Counted from the first letter of the stretch, positions 19,443 through 29,249 are shown. The stretch is 43,830 nt of DNA from a bacterium (GCA_046758365.1 JBHIAC010000010.1:1-43830); one strand, 5' to 3'. The notes: a model not told the origin generated them from the sequence alone. Numbers and translations: made by a program.

Positions 19443-21366
19443 AGATAAAGAAAAGATAGTCCTTATTGGGAATCCCAATGTAGGTAAAAGTGTAATTTTT
19501 GCATTTTTAACTGGTCGATATGTAACGGTGTCTAATTATCCAGGAACCACGGTTGAAATTACGACTGGTAACACTAAATTCGACGGTTGTGCTGAAGAGG
19601 TTATTGATACGCCTGGGGCTAACAGTTTATTGCCCTTTTCAGAAGATGAAAAAGTAACTCGGGATATTTTACTTAAGGAGTGTCCACGGCTGGTGGTTCA
19701 AGTAGCAGATGCAAAAAATCTCCGTCGTGCCCTATTCCTCTCGGTGCAATTAGCCGAGATGAAAATTCCATTTATTTTAAATTTGAATATGATGGATGAA
19801 GCCCGCAGTCGAGGTGTATCTCTGAATGAAAAACAGCTTTCAGAAATTTTAGGGGTATCCGTTGTAAAAACCGTCGCTATTCACCATCGTGGTTTACTGA
19901 ATTTGGTCGATGAAATTCGAAACAATCCCAAAGCTTCGCAATTGGAAATAAACTATCCAGAGGCCATTGAGGAGGGTATCTCCAATATCGTCAAGTATCT
20001 CCCAAAATCTGGGATCTCAAAGCGGGCTCTGGCTTTAATGCTTTTAGCGGGAGATATGAGTCTAAAAGACTGGCTAATGGAACATTTAGATTCTTTTTCA
20101 ATGCAGAGAATTGAGACTATAAGACAGCAAGTGCAAGTAAAACTGCAAGAATCAACCAGCTTGGTCATTAATCAGCGGCGGCTGCAAATGGCGGAGGAAA
20201 TTTTTCTTAATGTCTATAAACTTGAAAAAGCCAAAAGACAAAGGATTACCGATTTTTTAAGTCGAACTTCCATGCATCCACTTTGGGGACTGCCAGTACT
20301 TTTATTGGTACTTTTTGCTATGTACCAATTTGTCGGCGTTTTTGGCGCAGGCACATTGGTTAATTTCTTGGAAGATGTTGTTTTTGGAAAGGTCATTACA
20401 CCCTGGTTTGAAAAGTTGTTTTCTTTGTTCATGCCCATAAAATTGCTCCGTGAATTATTTGTGGGAGAATACGGTCTAATTACCATGGCCCTTTCCTATT
20501 CTATTGCCATAGTTCTGCCAGTTGTGGCAACCTTCTTCTTGGCCTTTGGTTTGTTGGAAGACTCTGGTTATCTGCCGCGTTTAGCGGTGATGATGAACCG
20601 AATTTTCAAGCTCTTGGGGCTACATGGAAAAGCTGTTTTACCTATGGTTTTAGGACTTGGATGTGACACCATGGCGACTCTAACTACCCGTATTTTAGAA
20701 ACCCGTAAAGAAAGAATTCTGGTTACCTTGCTTTTGGCGCTCGGAATCCCTTGTTCAGCGCAATTAGGGGTAATTCTTGGCTTACTTGGCGGGCTATCTC
20801 TTCATGCTGTATTAATTTGGCTAGGGTGCGTATCTGGTGTGCTGGTTTTAGTAGGATACCTGGCTTCAAAAGTGCTGCCTGGAAAACGTTCCGATTTTAT
20901 TTTAGAACTGCCTCCTATACGCAGGCCAAGTTTGGTAAACATTGGAATCAAAACCATAGCCCGGATCGAGTGGTATCTAAAAGAAGCTGTACCCCTTTTC
21001 TTTTTAGGTACAGTTGTTCTGTTTGTGTTGGCTGAGACCGGCGCTTTGAATACTATTGAGAGGTGGTCTGCTCCGTTAATAAGTGGATTCTTAGGTCTGC
21101 CAGAACAAGCGGCTGAAGCTTTTCTAGTTGGATTTTTACGTAGAGATTATGGTGCTGCGGGTCTTTTTAATATGGCAAGACAGGGACTATTGAGCTCTAA
21201 GCAAATTGTGGTTAGTCTGGTGACCATTACTTTGTTTGTGCCTTGCATAGCCAATTTCTTTGTCATAATAAAGGAAAGAGGATGGAGAACAGCCGTGGTT
21301 ATTTTCCTCTTTATTATTCCTTTTGCTTTGGTAGTGGGTGGTGTGCTGAATTTTATTTTATCTTGA
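19432..21366 (+). CDS. feoB: Ferrous iron transporter B
   Basis: GNPNVGKS, NYPGTTVE, DTPG and NMMD G-motifs. Gate motifs LEDSGYLPR and FILELP. ATG at 19432 preferred over TTG at 19411. Confidence 0.95.
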   Translation: MKNKDKEKIVLIGNPNVGKSVIFAFLTGRYVTVSNYPGTTVEITTGNTKFDGCAEEVIDTPGANSLLPFSEDEKVTRDILLKECPRLVVQVADAKNLRRALFLSVQLAEMKIPFILNLNMMDEARSRGVSLNEKQLSEILGVSVVKTVAIHHRGLLNLVDEIRNNPKASQLEINYPEAIEEGISNIVKYLPKSGISKRALALMLLAGDMSLKDWLMEHLDSFSMQRIETIRQQVQVKLQESTSLVINQRRLQMAEEIFLNVYKLEKAKRQRITDFLSRTSMHPLWGLPVLLLVLFAMYQFVGVFGAGTLVNFLEDVVFGKVITPWFEKLFSLFMPIKLLRELFVGEYGLITMALSYSIAIVLPVVATFFLAFGLLEDSGYLPRLAVMMNRIFKLLGLHGKAVLPMVLGLGCDTMATLTTRILETRKERILVTLLLALGIPCSAQLGVILGLLGGLSLHAVLIWLGCVSGVLVLVGYLASKVLPGKRSDFILELPPIRRPSLVNIGIKTIARIEWYLKEAVPLFFLGTVVLFVLAETGALNTIERWSAPLISGFLGLPEQAAEAFLVGFLRRDYGAAGLFNMARQGLLSSKQIVVSLVTITLFVPCIANFFVIIKERGWRTAVVIFLFIIPFALVVGGVLNFILS

Positions 21367-21452
21367 ATTAAATATTAAACACCGAAAACACTGAATGCCA
21401 CTGATATTCAGTGTTTTTTTAAAATTGGAAGAAAACGATTTAAAGAGATATT

Positions 21453-21650
21453 ATGATAATTTGCCCATTGTGTGGAAATCGATTTTCGGAAACTCAAAAC
21501 TCCTTATGTTCGAAATGTCCCTTGGCTCGAGACTGTAATATAATCTGCTGTCCTAACTGTAGATACCAGTGGCCCGTTAAATCCCGAGCCGTGGATATTT
21601 TTAGAAAACTATTTAATAAAAGGAAAACTTACAATGAGCGAAAGAGCTGA
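21453..21650 (+). CDS. Small Cys-rich FeoB-associated protein
   Basis: CPLCG...CSKCPLARDC..ICCPNC. Lies between feoB and the metal regulator. Confidence 0.7.
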   Translation: MIICPLCGNRFSETQNSLCSKCPLARDCNIICCPNCRYQWPVKSRAVDIFRKLFNKRKTYNERKS

Positions 21651-22308
21651 TCACTTACTAAAAACCATTTGGCTGATGCACGCAAAGCGTATTGTAGATG
21701 CGGATAGCATCTTGTCGCAAGTTCCCTTTTCCGCCAGAGCCGCCGCCAAAATGCTTGAGAGGAATGGGTCTATTTCCATTCAAAATGGCACATTAAAACT
21801 TCTCCCAAAAGGAAAAAAAGTAGCAGAATCTTTAATTAGAAGGCACCTTTTAGCTGAAAGACTTCTTTCAGATGTTTTGCAAGTTAGCGACAAAGAAATG
21901 ACCAAATCGGCTTGTGCCTTTGAACACATTTTAAGTCCTGAAGTTACGGATAGTGTGTGCACATTCCTGGGGCATCCACCTGTTTGTCCTCACGGCATTG
22001 CCATTCCTCGGGGACCTTGCTGCGCAAAATTCACCACAGACGTAAAGCCTGTAGTCCACCGCCTGGTAGATTTAGATCTCGGTGAACGAGCTCGAATCGT
22101 TTTCATTTCTCCTAAACGAAATAAAACCCTTGACCGACTTTCAATTTTTGGTGTAGTTCCAGGAAACCTAATTAGACTTGAACAAAAACGGCCATCTTTT
22201 GTAATAAAGGTGGATGAGACCCTTTTGGCTATTGAATCAGACCTATGTGCTGAAATATTTGTAAAAAGAGTAAATGCTATAGAAGCTGAATCTGAAAAGA
22301 AAATATAG
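21634..22308 (+). CDS. DtxR/MntR family metal-dependent regulator with C-terminal FeoA domain
   Basis: RRHLLAERLL, ACAFEH and LGHPPVCPHG motifs, with a C-terminal FeoA/SH3-like segment (RLSIFGVVPG). Confidence 0.88.
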   Translation: MSERADHLLKTIWLMHAKRIVDADSILSQVPFSARAAAKMLERNGSISIQNGTLKLLPKGKKVAESLIRRHLLAERLLSDVLQVSDKEMTKSACAFEHILSPEVTDSVCTFLGHPPVCPHGIAIPRGPCCAKFTTDVKPVVHRLVDLDLGERARIVFISPKRNKTLDRLSIFGVVPGNLIRLEQKRPSFVIKVDETLLAIESDLCAEIFVKRVNAIEAESEKKI

Positions 22309-22549
22309 ACTCATTCTAACAATTTGGTAATGTCCAGCAGGTGAAGCAATCGCCATATTTTGTCATCATCTTATGATTTCTGAAGAAGATGTAAACATAG
22401 AATACAGAGATTTTTAGGTGGACTATCTTATTGCCGCCGGCATGTTTTCTTCTGGAAAGTATCCCGTTAAAATGAAAATTGTAAATTGCAAAATGTAAAT
22501 TTATAGTGGAGATTATTATTGAAATCTCTGACCTTAGGAGGTGGTGTTT

Positions 22550-23011
22550 ATGGTGCTTAATAAATCAGATGTTGCGCTGCAAGTTGAAAAAGACCACGAA
22601 GGCTTAAATCAAGACATTGGGACATTAAAAATGACTATCATGATGGAAATCTCTGCCAAGGATTTCCCAAACTAGAGACTTGAATTTATTTGGCAGCTCC
22701 GAGATTTTAAAAATCGTTTATTAAAACATTTTGATTTGGAAGAAGAGGGGGGTTTTATGAATGAAGTTTTGAGTATAGCACCGCAAACTGAGCGAAAAGT
22801 AAAAGAGCTCAAGGAGGAACATGAACATATTGTTATCCATTTGGATGAAATTCTAATGGATCTTAAAGGGTTACTGGATAAAAACACTGAGAAATTAGAC
22901 TCTATTCGTAATCGTATGACTGAAGTAATAGCAACCCTGCTTCAACACGAAGCGGCAGAAAACCAATTGATGCAAACAGCTTATTACCAAGGATATGGTG
23001 GTCCAGCTTAA
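22550..23011 (+). pseudogene. Hemerythrin-like gene interrupted by an in-frame TAG at codon 42
   Basis: AGGAGG SD and ATG at 22550 give MVLNKSDVALQVEKDHE...KDFPN*RLEFIWQLRDFKNRLLKHFDLEEEGGF. TAG at 22673-22675 aligns with Trp42 (TGG) of the intact paralog at 40743. Confidence 0.85.
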
Positions 23012-23330
23012 TCATATTTTGAACTAATTACCCTTTATTCGTTTGAACACCTCGATTTATAGAGGGATTCCTGAATAAGTTTCAATATCTTAATCAAAGT
23101 AGAAATCATTGTTTTTTAAAAAATATTAGAAGTATCACCAAAAAGCTCCAAAAGACTCAAGCTCCGATTTTTCATATAATATTTAAAAAGAAGATTAGGG
23201 TCGTCGTTTGCACACTAAGTTGTTGCTATTACTTCGGGTGGAACGCCCAACGGAGCTGGTGAAGTGGTTTTCGACCAAACTTCTAATGTGTTTTAAATGA
23301 CTCAATATAACGATTAACGGAGGTGCTGCT

Positions 23331-24650
23331 ATGTATTCATCCAAAATGAATCGCAAAAAAACAAAAGAACAATATCGTGTGCGCACCCATCTAATTCATG
23401 GAAACTTTGAAAGTAAAAAGTGGGATTATGCCCATCACGTAAATCCACCCATGTCAGCTTCCGCCATGTATCGGTTAAAATCAACTCAACGGGGAGCCAA
23501 AGGATTTTTTGAATTTGCCAGTGAGAACATCGATGAGACCAAGCACATTCCAATTTACATTTACGACCGTCTGGATGAACCCAGCCGCGGCATGTTAGAA
23601 GAAAATTTGGCCTACGCCGAAGGTGGCGAGATATGCGTGACTTTTGCCACAGGCATGGCAGCTATCAGTGCGGCGGTGGGTATGTTGTGCGAAAGTGGAC
23701 ATGAAATCGTGGCACATCAGGTAACCTACGGTTGTACTTACAGTCTTTTCTCCAATTGGCTACCTCGTTTTGGAATCAAGGTTGTTTGGACGGATATCAA
23801 TGATGAGGAGGCCCTGCTCAAAGCCATCACCGATAAAACCAGAGTCCTTTATTTTGAAACGCCAATCAATCCAACGTTAACTCTAGTGGATATTGCAGCT
23901 ATGCGCAAAATTATCGATGAAATTAATAGCGACCGTCCGGAAGCAAGACAGATAAAAATCGTTGTGGACAATACCTTTTCCACCCCTTATTGTCAGCGGC
24001 CCATTGAATTAGGTGCAGATTTTTCTGTTCAGAGCCTGACGAAAGGCATCAGTGGGTTCGGCACGGATATGGGGGGAGCTGTGGTTGGGCTCCGGAAATA
24101 TCAAAGCAATTTAATGCTGTACCGCAAAGATTTTGGTGGGGTTCTAAGTCCCAAGAGCGCTTGGATATTTTTGGTTTATGGGCTGCCATCCTTGGCGACG
24201 AGATTTGCTAATCAAATTAAAACTGCGCATCACGTGGCAAAATTCCTGCACGAGCATCCTAAAATTGAAAAGGTTGTTTATCCCGGTTTGGAAAACCATC
24301 CTCAGTTCGAAATAGCAAAGCGCCAGATGACGAATTACGAAGGCAAATTTACGCCTGGCAATATGATTTACTTTGTCATCAAGGAGGCTGAAGTAGAGGG
24401 AAAGCAGAGTCCTAAAGTGGAAAAATTTATTGATTATCTGGCAGACCATGCTTACTGCATTACGCTGGCTGTTAGCTTAGGGTCCATTAAAACGTTGGTT
24501 GAAAATCCATATTCGATGACCCATTCTGCCTTACCTCAAGAAGAAAAGCGAAGAATGGGTATGGAGCCAGGTGGTATCCGACTTTCCGTTGGTTTGGAAG
24601 ATTGGCATGACATTATTGAAGATCTGTGGGATGCGTTGGAACAGGTTTGA
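23331..24650 (+). CDS. Methionine gamma-lyase-like PLP enzyme (Cys/Met metabolism family)
   Basis: FATGMAAI, YGCT (MGL-type Cys), YFETPINP, VVDNTF, SLTK (PLP Lys), AVSLG and IRLSVGLED motifs. Confidence 0.88.
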   Translation: MYSSKMNRKKTKEQYRVRTHLIHGNFESKKWDYAHHVNPPMSASAMYRLKSTQRGAKGFFEFASENIDETKHIPIYIYDRLDEPSRGMLEENLAYAEGGEICVTFATGMAAISAAVGMLCESGHEIVAHQVTYGCTYSLFSNWLPRFGIKVVWTDINDEEALLKAITDKTRVLYFETPINPTLTLVDIAAMRKIIDEINSDRPEARQIKIVVDNTFSTPYCQRPIELGADFSVQSLTKGISGFGTDMGGAVVGLRKYQSNLMLYRKDFGGVLSPKSAWIFLVYGLPSLATRFANQIKTAHHVAKFLHEHPKIEKVVYPGLENHPQFEIAKRQMTNYEGKFTPGNMIYFVIKEAEVEGKQSPKVEKFIDYLADHAYCITLAVSLGSIKTLVENPYSMTHSALPQEEKRRMGMEPGGIRLSVGLEDWHDIIEDLWDALEQV

Positions 24651-24762
24651 GAAGTAGGTAAGGCTGAAGATTAGGAAGATTGAAATGCGAATAAAAATAT
24701 TAAATAAAACTTTGATTATATTTTCCTTAATTAATTTATTCCTGTTGTTAGATTTGTTCTAA

Positions 24763-26025
24763 CTATTTTGTAAGAAAATGCGCAATCTTGTTGATGCCGT
24801 TCTCTTTTAATGACTGATCCCATTGTTCTATGAGATAGTATTTTTCACCTTCGAACACACGCATGATATTTTCGAGATAAAGCTCAGCTTCCTGCGTATC
24901 CATTCTGTTGGTTTTGTTCACAAAAGAAAGTGTACGGGAATGGTAAAATGGCACCAGAGCCTCAAGGAGTTGACTGCGCTCGATGATTTGGCTACGGCAA
25001 GCAATGGCAAAGTCAAAAAGAATCCGCGCCCATACATTACTATGGTAGTAGAATTCGTCACAACTCATGTTTTTTAACCCTTCGACAGACTTGAGATTTT
25101 GTACCGCTAACACCTTTTTCCAAATTTCTTTAGAGTTTTTAAATCCTGACAAAAATGAATTATATAGGCGAGTTCGATTGACTTTCACCTCTGGTATGTC
25201 ATCTTTTTGACCAAGGCCAAAACCATAAATAATACTGGGTCTCGACTCAAACGTATCCTTCCAAAGATATTCGAAATCAATCATCAGTTGAAAAATCGTA
25301 CCCACAACCTGCTCAAACATCGGCCCTAAATCACTGGCAGGGTCTTTCGGACGGTGGGATTTAGGCGAACCCATAAAGGTTTGACATACATTGAAGTGTC
25401 GGCCAATGGCAATGGTCGTCATCCAAATGTCGATACCAAATTTAGACACATCTTCTGTCCAAGTCTTTTCCACCAGAAAGCAGCGAGCCAGTTTGCCTGA
25501 AATGCCAAAGTCCCCGCCAATAGGCTGGCGGACGCGAAGTCCATAGAGCGTGCGCAGCAGAGGATAGGCGATGCTGTTAGTAATCGTACCATCATATTTG
25601 TGTCGAACATAGATCGGAACAACAAAGTCGTATCCCTCAAAGAGGGGTTCTAATAGATGCTCAATCCAACTGGTCGTGATGCTTTTGAGATCAGCATCGA
25701 GCATGATTATGGCCTTGGCACGCAGCTCCGCTGAAATCTCAAATAGGTTGCGAACATTAAGACCTTTCCCTTTAACACCTTCTGGAGTTGAAACGTAGAT
25801 TTTAGGAACCTTTGTTGGCGTTTTAAAAAATACTTCTTTAGTCCCGTCAGGCGAATGGTTATCTACATTAATAATTACCGAAGACTTATTTGGAAAAAAT
25901 TCAATAAGACCTTTGCTTGCTGTGTCAACAGGAATAGCAATAGAATCTGCTTCATTGTAAGATGGTATGCCAACTACAATTTCAGCAGCAGTAAGGCGAT
26001 CGGGATTCTCGATTTCAAATACCAT
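24763..26025 (-). CDS. GT-A glycosyltransferase, glucosylglycerate/mannosylglycerate synthase-like
   Basis: IVVGIPSYNEA, GKG, DADL, RHKYDGTITN, RQPIGGDFG, FGIDIWMTT and DLGPMFEQV motifs. Confidence 0.85.
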   Translation of the reverse strand: MVFEIENPDRLTAAEIVVGIPSYNEADSIAIPVDTASKGLIEFFPNKSSVIINVDNHSPDGTKEVFFKTPTKVPKIYVSTPEGVKGKGLNVRNLFEISAELRAKAIIMLDADLKSITTSWIEHLLEPLFEGYDFVVPIYVRHKYDGTITNSIAYPLLRTLYGLRVRQPIGGDFGISGKLARCFLVEKTWTEDVSKFGIDIWMTTIAIGRHFNVCQTFMGSPKSHRPKDPASDLGPMFEQVVGTIFQLMIDFEYLWKDTFESRPSIIYGFGLGQKDDIPEVKVNRTRLYNSFLSGFKNSKEIWKKVLAVQNLKSVEGLKNMSCDEFYYHSNVWARILFDFAIACRSQIIERSQLLEALVPFYHSRTLSFVNKTNRMDTQEAELYLENIMRVFEGEKYYLIEQWDQSLKENGINKIAHFLTK

Positions 26026-26071
26026 AGAGTTCTACCTTAAATTTATTTCTGTTTTCGTTTTATTTATTAAT

Positions 26072-26100
26072 AATTTAGAATATTACGATAATAATGTCAA
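26072..26100 (-). promoter_or_regulatory. Candidate sigma70 promoter for the glycosyltransferase
   Basis: Minus strand TTGACA (26100-26095), 17-nt spacer, TAAATT (26077-26072). Confidence 0.55.
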
Positions 26101-26200
26101 GAATCAAGTGATTAATTAGCCATTATAGTACCCAGAAATCCAGCCGAAAAGTTCCCCGATTTTTTATAATATTTTAAAAAGAACATTGCAAAATAAATCC

Positions 26201-26360
26201 TCTCAAAAATGGGAAATTTAGTTCCCCAATTCTTAAAAATGAGAAAAAATGATAAGATTCAATGGGGATAAAAAAATAGAAAAAAATAATATGCCTAAAA
26301 TCAATAACTTAACCCATTTCATTCCAAGGCCTCTAATCGCAACAATGGCATGGATTTTGA
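26201..26360 (+). promoter_or_regulatory. Sigma54-type promoter of the ald-kor operon with paired enhancer palindromes and IHF site
   Basis: TCTCA-AAAA-TGGGA (26201-26214) and TCTTA-AAAA-TGAGA (26231-26244). IHF match AATCAATAACTTA (26299-26311). TGGCAT-GGATT-TTGA (26346-26360). Confidence 0.7.
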
Positions 26361-26457
26361 TAAATATAAAATTAAGATAATCTAAAAATGAGTATCATAA
26401 TGATGACAGGATTCGCTTTTTCTACCATCTTAGAAGAATTAATTAAAATTTGTTATT

Positions 26458-26491
26458 AAACGGGTCTTAATGTTCTAATTAAGACCCGTTT
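26458..26491. other. Perfect 14-bp hairpin in the ald 5' leader
   Basis: AAACGGGTCTTAAT-GTTCTA-ATTAAGACCCGTTT. Confidence 0.6.
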
Positions 26492-26524
26492 GTATATTCA
26501 CAATAAAGTAGGAGAGATTTATAC

Positions 26525-27610
26525 ATGACTATTGGAATCCCACGAGAAATTTCCATTGAAGAAACTCGTGTGGCTGTCACACCTGCTGGGGTTTATGAGC
26601 TTACTGCTGAAGGGCACAGAGTCTATGTTGAAACGGGCTGCGGAATCAGCAGTGGTTTTTCGGATCAGGATTATCTGAAGGTAGGGGGTGAGATTGTCTA
26701 TTCGCATGATGAAATTTTTGGGCGTGCTGATACCTTAATAAAGGTGGAGCCACCAACGGAAGAAGAGACGGAGATGATGGTCGAGGAACAAACTTTGTTC
26801 TCCTCCCTCCATTTGGGTATCCGGACGCCAAAAAGCATCCAGAAACTCATGAAAAAGAAAATCACGGCTGTTGGGTACGAGCTCATGAAAATAGAAGAGA
26901 ACGAACATTCTGTTATGGATGCTATGGGTGGGATTGCTGGGGCTATGCTGCCGCAAATTGCAGGCCGATTATTAGAGCTGCACAAAGGAGGCCGAGGCGT
27001 GCTCCTCAGCGCACAACCCGGAATCCCTTCGGCGTCCATTGTGATTCTTGGGGCTGGCCATGTAGGTGTAAGCGCCATCAAAGCATTTCTTGGCCTGGGC
27101 GCCCAGGTCATGGTTCTTGACAGGGATTTGTCCCGACTGCGGCGCATTGATGAATTAACAAACAAAAGAGCCGTGACGGCTTTAGCGACCCCTTATAATA
27201 TTGAAAAGTCTCTTCGATTTGCCGATGTGTTTATTGGAGCGGTGTTTATTCGTGGAGAGAAGCCACCTCGTTTGGTTACCAAAGAGATGATTAAAAAAAT
27301 GAGAAAAAGTACAGTAATCATGGATATTTCTATTGATCAAGGTGGCTGTATAGAAACTTCTAGGCCAACCACGCACTCCGACTCGGTTTTTGTTGAAGAA
27401 GGCATAATTCATTACTGCGTACCCAATATCCCATCAGCGGTGCCTAGAACCGCATCACATGCCTTGAGCAATGTGGTCTTCCCGTATGTCATGGAAACGG
27501 CCGAGTTGGGCATTGAAAAAACCATAAAGTCAGATTCTGCACTCAAAAAGGGCGTTTATTTGATCCAAGGTGAATGTACCGATAAAAGTATAGAAGCGAT
27601 GTTTCTTTGA
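26525..27610 (+). CDS. ald: Alanine dehydrogenase-like protein (divergent active site)
   Basis: IGIPRE, ETRVAVTP, ILGAGHVG, DISIDQGGCIETSRPTTH and HYCVPNIP motifs. KVEPP replaces the canonical KVKEP. Confidence 0.85.
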   Translation: MTIGIPREISIEETRVAVTPAGVYELTAEGHRVYVETGCGISSGFSDQDYLKVGGEIVYSHDEIFGRADTLIKVEPPTEEETEMMVEEQTLFSSLHLGIRTPKSIQKLMKKKITAVGYELMKIEENEHSVMDAMGGIAGAMLPQIAGRLLELHKGGRGVLLSAQPGIPSASIVILGAGHVGVSAIKAFLGLGAQVMVLDRDLSRLRRIDELTNKRAVTALATPYNIEKSLRFADVFIGAVFIRGEKPPRLVTKEMIKKMRKSTVIMDISIDQGGCIETSRPTTHSDSVFVEEGIIHYCVPNIPSAVPRTASHALSNVVFPYVMETAELGIEKTIKSDSALKKGVYLIQGECTDKSIEAMFL

Positions 27611-27778
27611 AGTGTCGTAACTTGGTGAATGGATAACAGCGTAGTGCTGGAACAAAGTCGTATTGAAGGATTAAAGTGATGCCTGTTGCTGGATACAGCT
27701 AACTGGATACTGGTCTACGTGAAAATACGAAAAAAGCAATCACTCATTACTAAACAAAGTTAATGTGGAGGAGTTATC

Positions 27779-28102
27779 GTGAAATATTGGCGTAAACCTT
27801 TGGATGTCGATCAAATTGATGTTCCTCGAGGCGTGATTCACATTATAGAGAATCAATGCAAAGGATGCGGGTTTTGCGTAGAATACTGCCCTAGGGATGT
27901 GTTGAAGCTATCTGAAGGTTATAATCTCAAGGGTTATCATCCACCCATAGTTGTAAAAGAAAATGAGTGTGTGCACTGTCAGCTTTGTGAAATAATTTGT
28001 CCTGAATTTGCAATTTTTGTCACTTTAAAAAATAGTCATCCAAAAACAGAAAAGCTTCTGGAGGTCAGAAGGGAGGTGCAAGAAGTTGAAAGCGGATCCT
28101 AA
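27779..28102 (+). CDS. korD: 2-oxoacid:ferredoxin oxidoreductase delta subunit (2x[4Fe-4S] ferredoxin)
   Basis: CKGCGFCVEYCP and CVHCQLCEIICP motifs. First gene of an overlapping four-gene set. Confidence 0.88.
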   Translation: MKYWRKPLDVDQIDVPRGVIHIIENQCKGCGFCVEYCPRDVLKLSEGYNLKGYHPPIVVKENECVHCQLCEIICPEFAIFVTLKNSHPKTEKLLEVRREVQEVESGS

Positions 28103-29249
28103 GGGTGTTTTAACTGGAGCCCATTATTTAGATGGAGACCTGGCCTGTGCCGAAGGCGCCCTAGCGGCTGGTTGTCGTTTTTTCGCTGGGTATCCCATCA
28201 CACCTTCTACAGAAGTTGCTGAAAGAATTGCTGCTCGATTTCCGTTAGTTGGTGGAATTTTTATCCAGATGGAAGATGAGCTGGCTTCAATGGCTGCTAT
28301 ATTGGGTGCGTCTTGGGGCGGGAAGAAAGCCATGACGGTGACTTCTGGCCCAGGCTTTTCTTTAATGATGGAAAATATTGGATTAGGTGCGATGACCGAA
28401 ACACCTTGCGTGATTGTAAATGTTCAGAGAGGCGGCCCTTCCACCGGGTTGCCAACTTTACCAGGGCAGCAGGACATGATGCAGGCGCGCTGGGGGTCTC
28501 ATGGTGACTACGAAATCATTGCTATTGTGCCTAATTCTCCCCAAGAATGTTTTGAATTAACCATTGAAGCTTTCAACCTTTCAGAAAAATATCGCGTGCC
28601 AGTGATGGTCATGATGGATGAATGTGTGGGACACATGACTGAAAAAGTCGTGATTCCTCCTGCCGATGAAATCGTAATTTTTAACAGAAGACTATATAAA
28701 GGACCTAAAAATAGCTATCTTCCTTATGAAATTAACAACGGCAACGGGATGGTGCCACTCATGGCCAATACTGGTGAAGGATATAGGTTTCATATCACTG
28801 GTTTGACTCACAATGAAAAGGGTTATCCGGTTATCAATGCAGAGGTTCAGCAAAAGTGCGTATCACGGCTTATAGACAAAATTAATAAAAACGCAGAAGA
28901 CATCATCCAATATGAAGAGGACCAAATTGAGAATGCTGAAGTGGTGGTGGTTTCTTATGGAATAAGTTCGAGAGTTTCCCTGCGGGCTATCGAATTAGCC
29001 AGAAAAAAGGGATTGAACGTTGGATTATTTCGTTTAATTACCGCCTGGCCTTTTCCCGAAAAGCGAATTAAAGAAATCGCAGAGAAAGTAAAATCTTTTG
29101 TTATGGTTGAACTCAATCTTGGACAAATGGTATTTGAATTAGAGCGATGCGTGGCGGGCAACTCCAAAGTTTTTTTAGTGCCCCACGCAGGTGGTTATGT
29201 GCACGATCCCGAGGACATACTTAAAAACATTCAGGAGGCTGCAAAATGA
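28086..29249 (+). CDS. korA: 2-oxoacid:ferredoxin oxidoreductase alpha subunit
   Basis: FFAGYPITPSTE, QMEDELAS, TSGPGFSLM and VQRGGPSTGLPT motifs. Confidence 0.93.
   Translation: MKADPKGVLTGAHYLDGDLACAEGALAAGCRFFAGYPITPSTEVAERIAARFPLVGGIFIQMEDELASMAAILGASWGGKKAMTVTSGPGFSLMMENIGLGAMTETPCVIVNVQRGGPSTGLPTLPGQQDMMQARWGSHGDYEIIAIVPNSPQECFELTIEAFNLSEKYRVPVMVMMDECVGHMTEKVVIPPADEIVIFNRRLYKGPKNSYLPYEINNGNGMVPLMANTGEGYRFHITGLTHNEKGYPVINAEVQQKCVSRLIDKINKNAEDIIQYEEDQIENAEVVVVSYGISSRVSLRAIELARKKGLNVGLFRLITAWPFPEKRIKEIAEKVKSFVMVELNLGQMVFELERCVAGNSKVFLVPHAGGYVHDPEDILKNIQEAAK

Noticed and set aside
22673..22675. Pyrrolysine or stop-codon reassignment at the hemerythrin TAG
   Set aside because: It aligns with Trp (TGG) in the paralog, a single transition away. 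Other genes here end normally in TAG, and no pyl genes are in the window.
23190..23280. SAM-I, SAH riboswitch or tRNA-Sec
   Set aside because: The conserved cores of these RNAs are not recognisable. Kept only as an unassigned structured leader.
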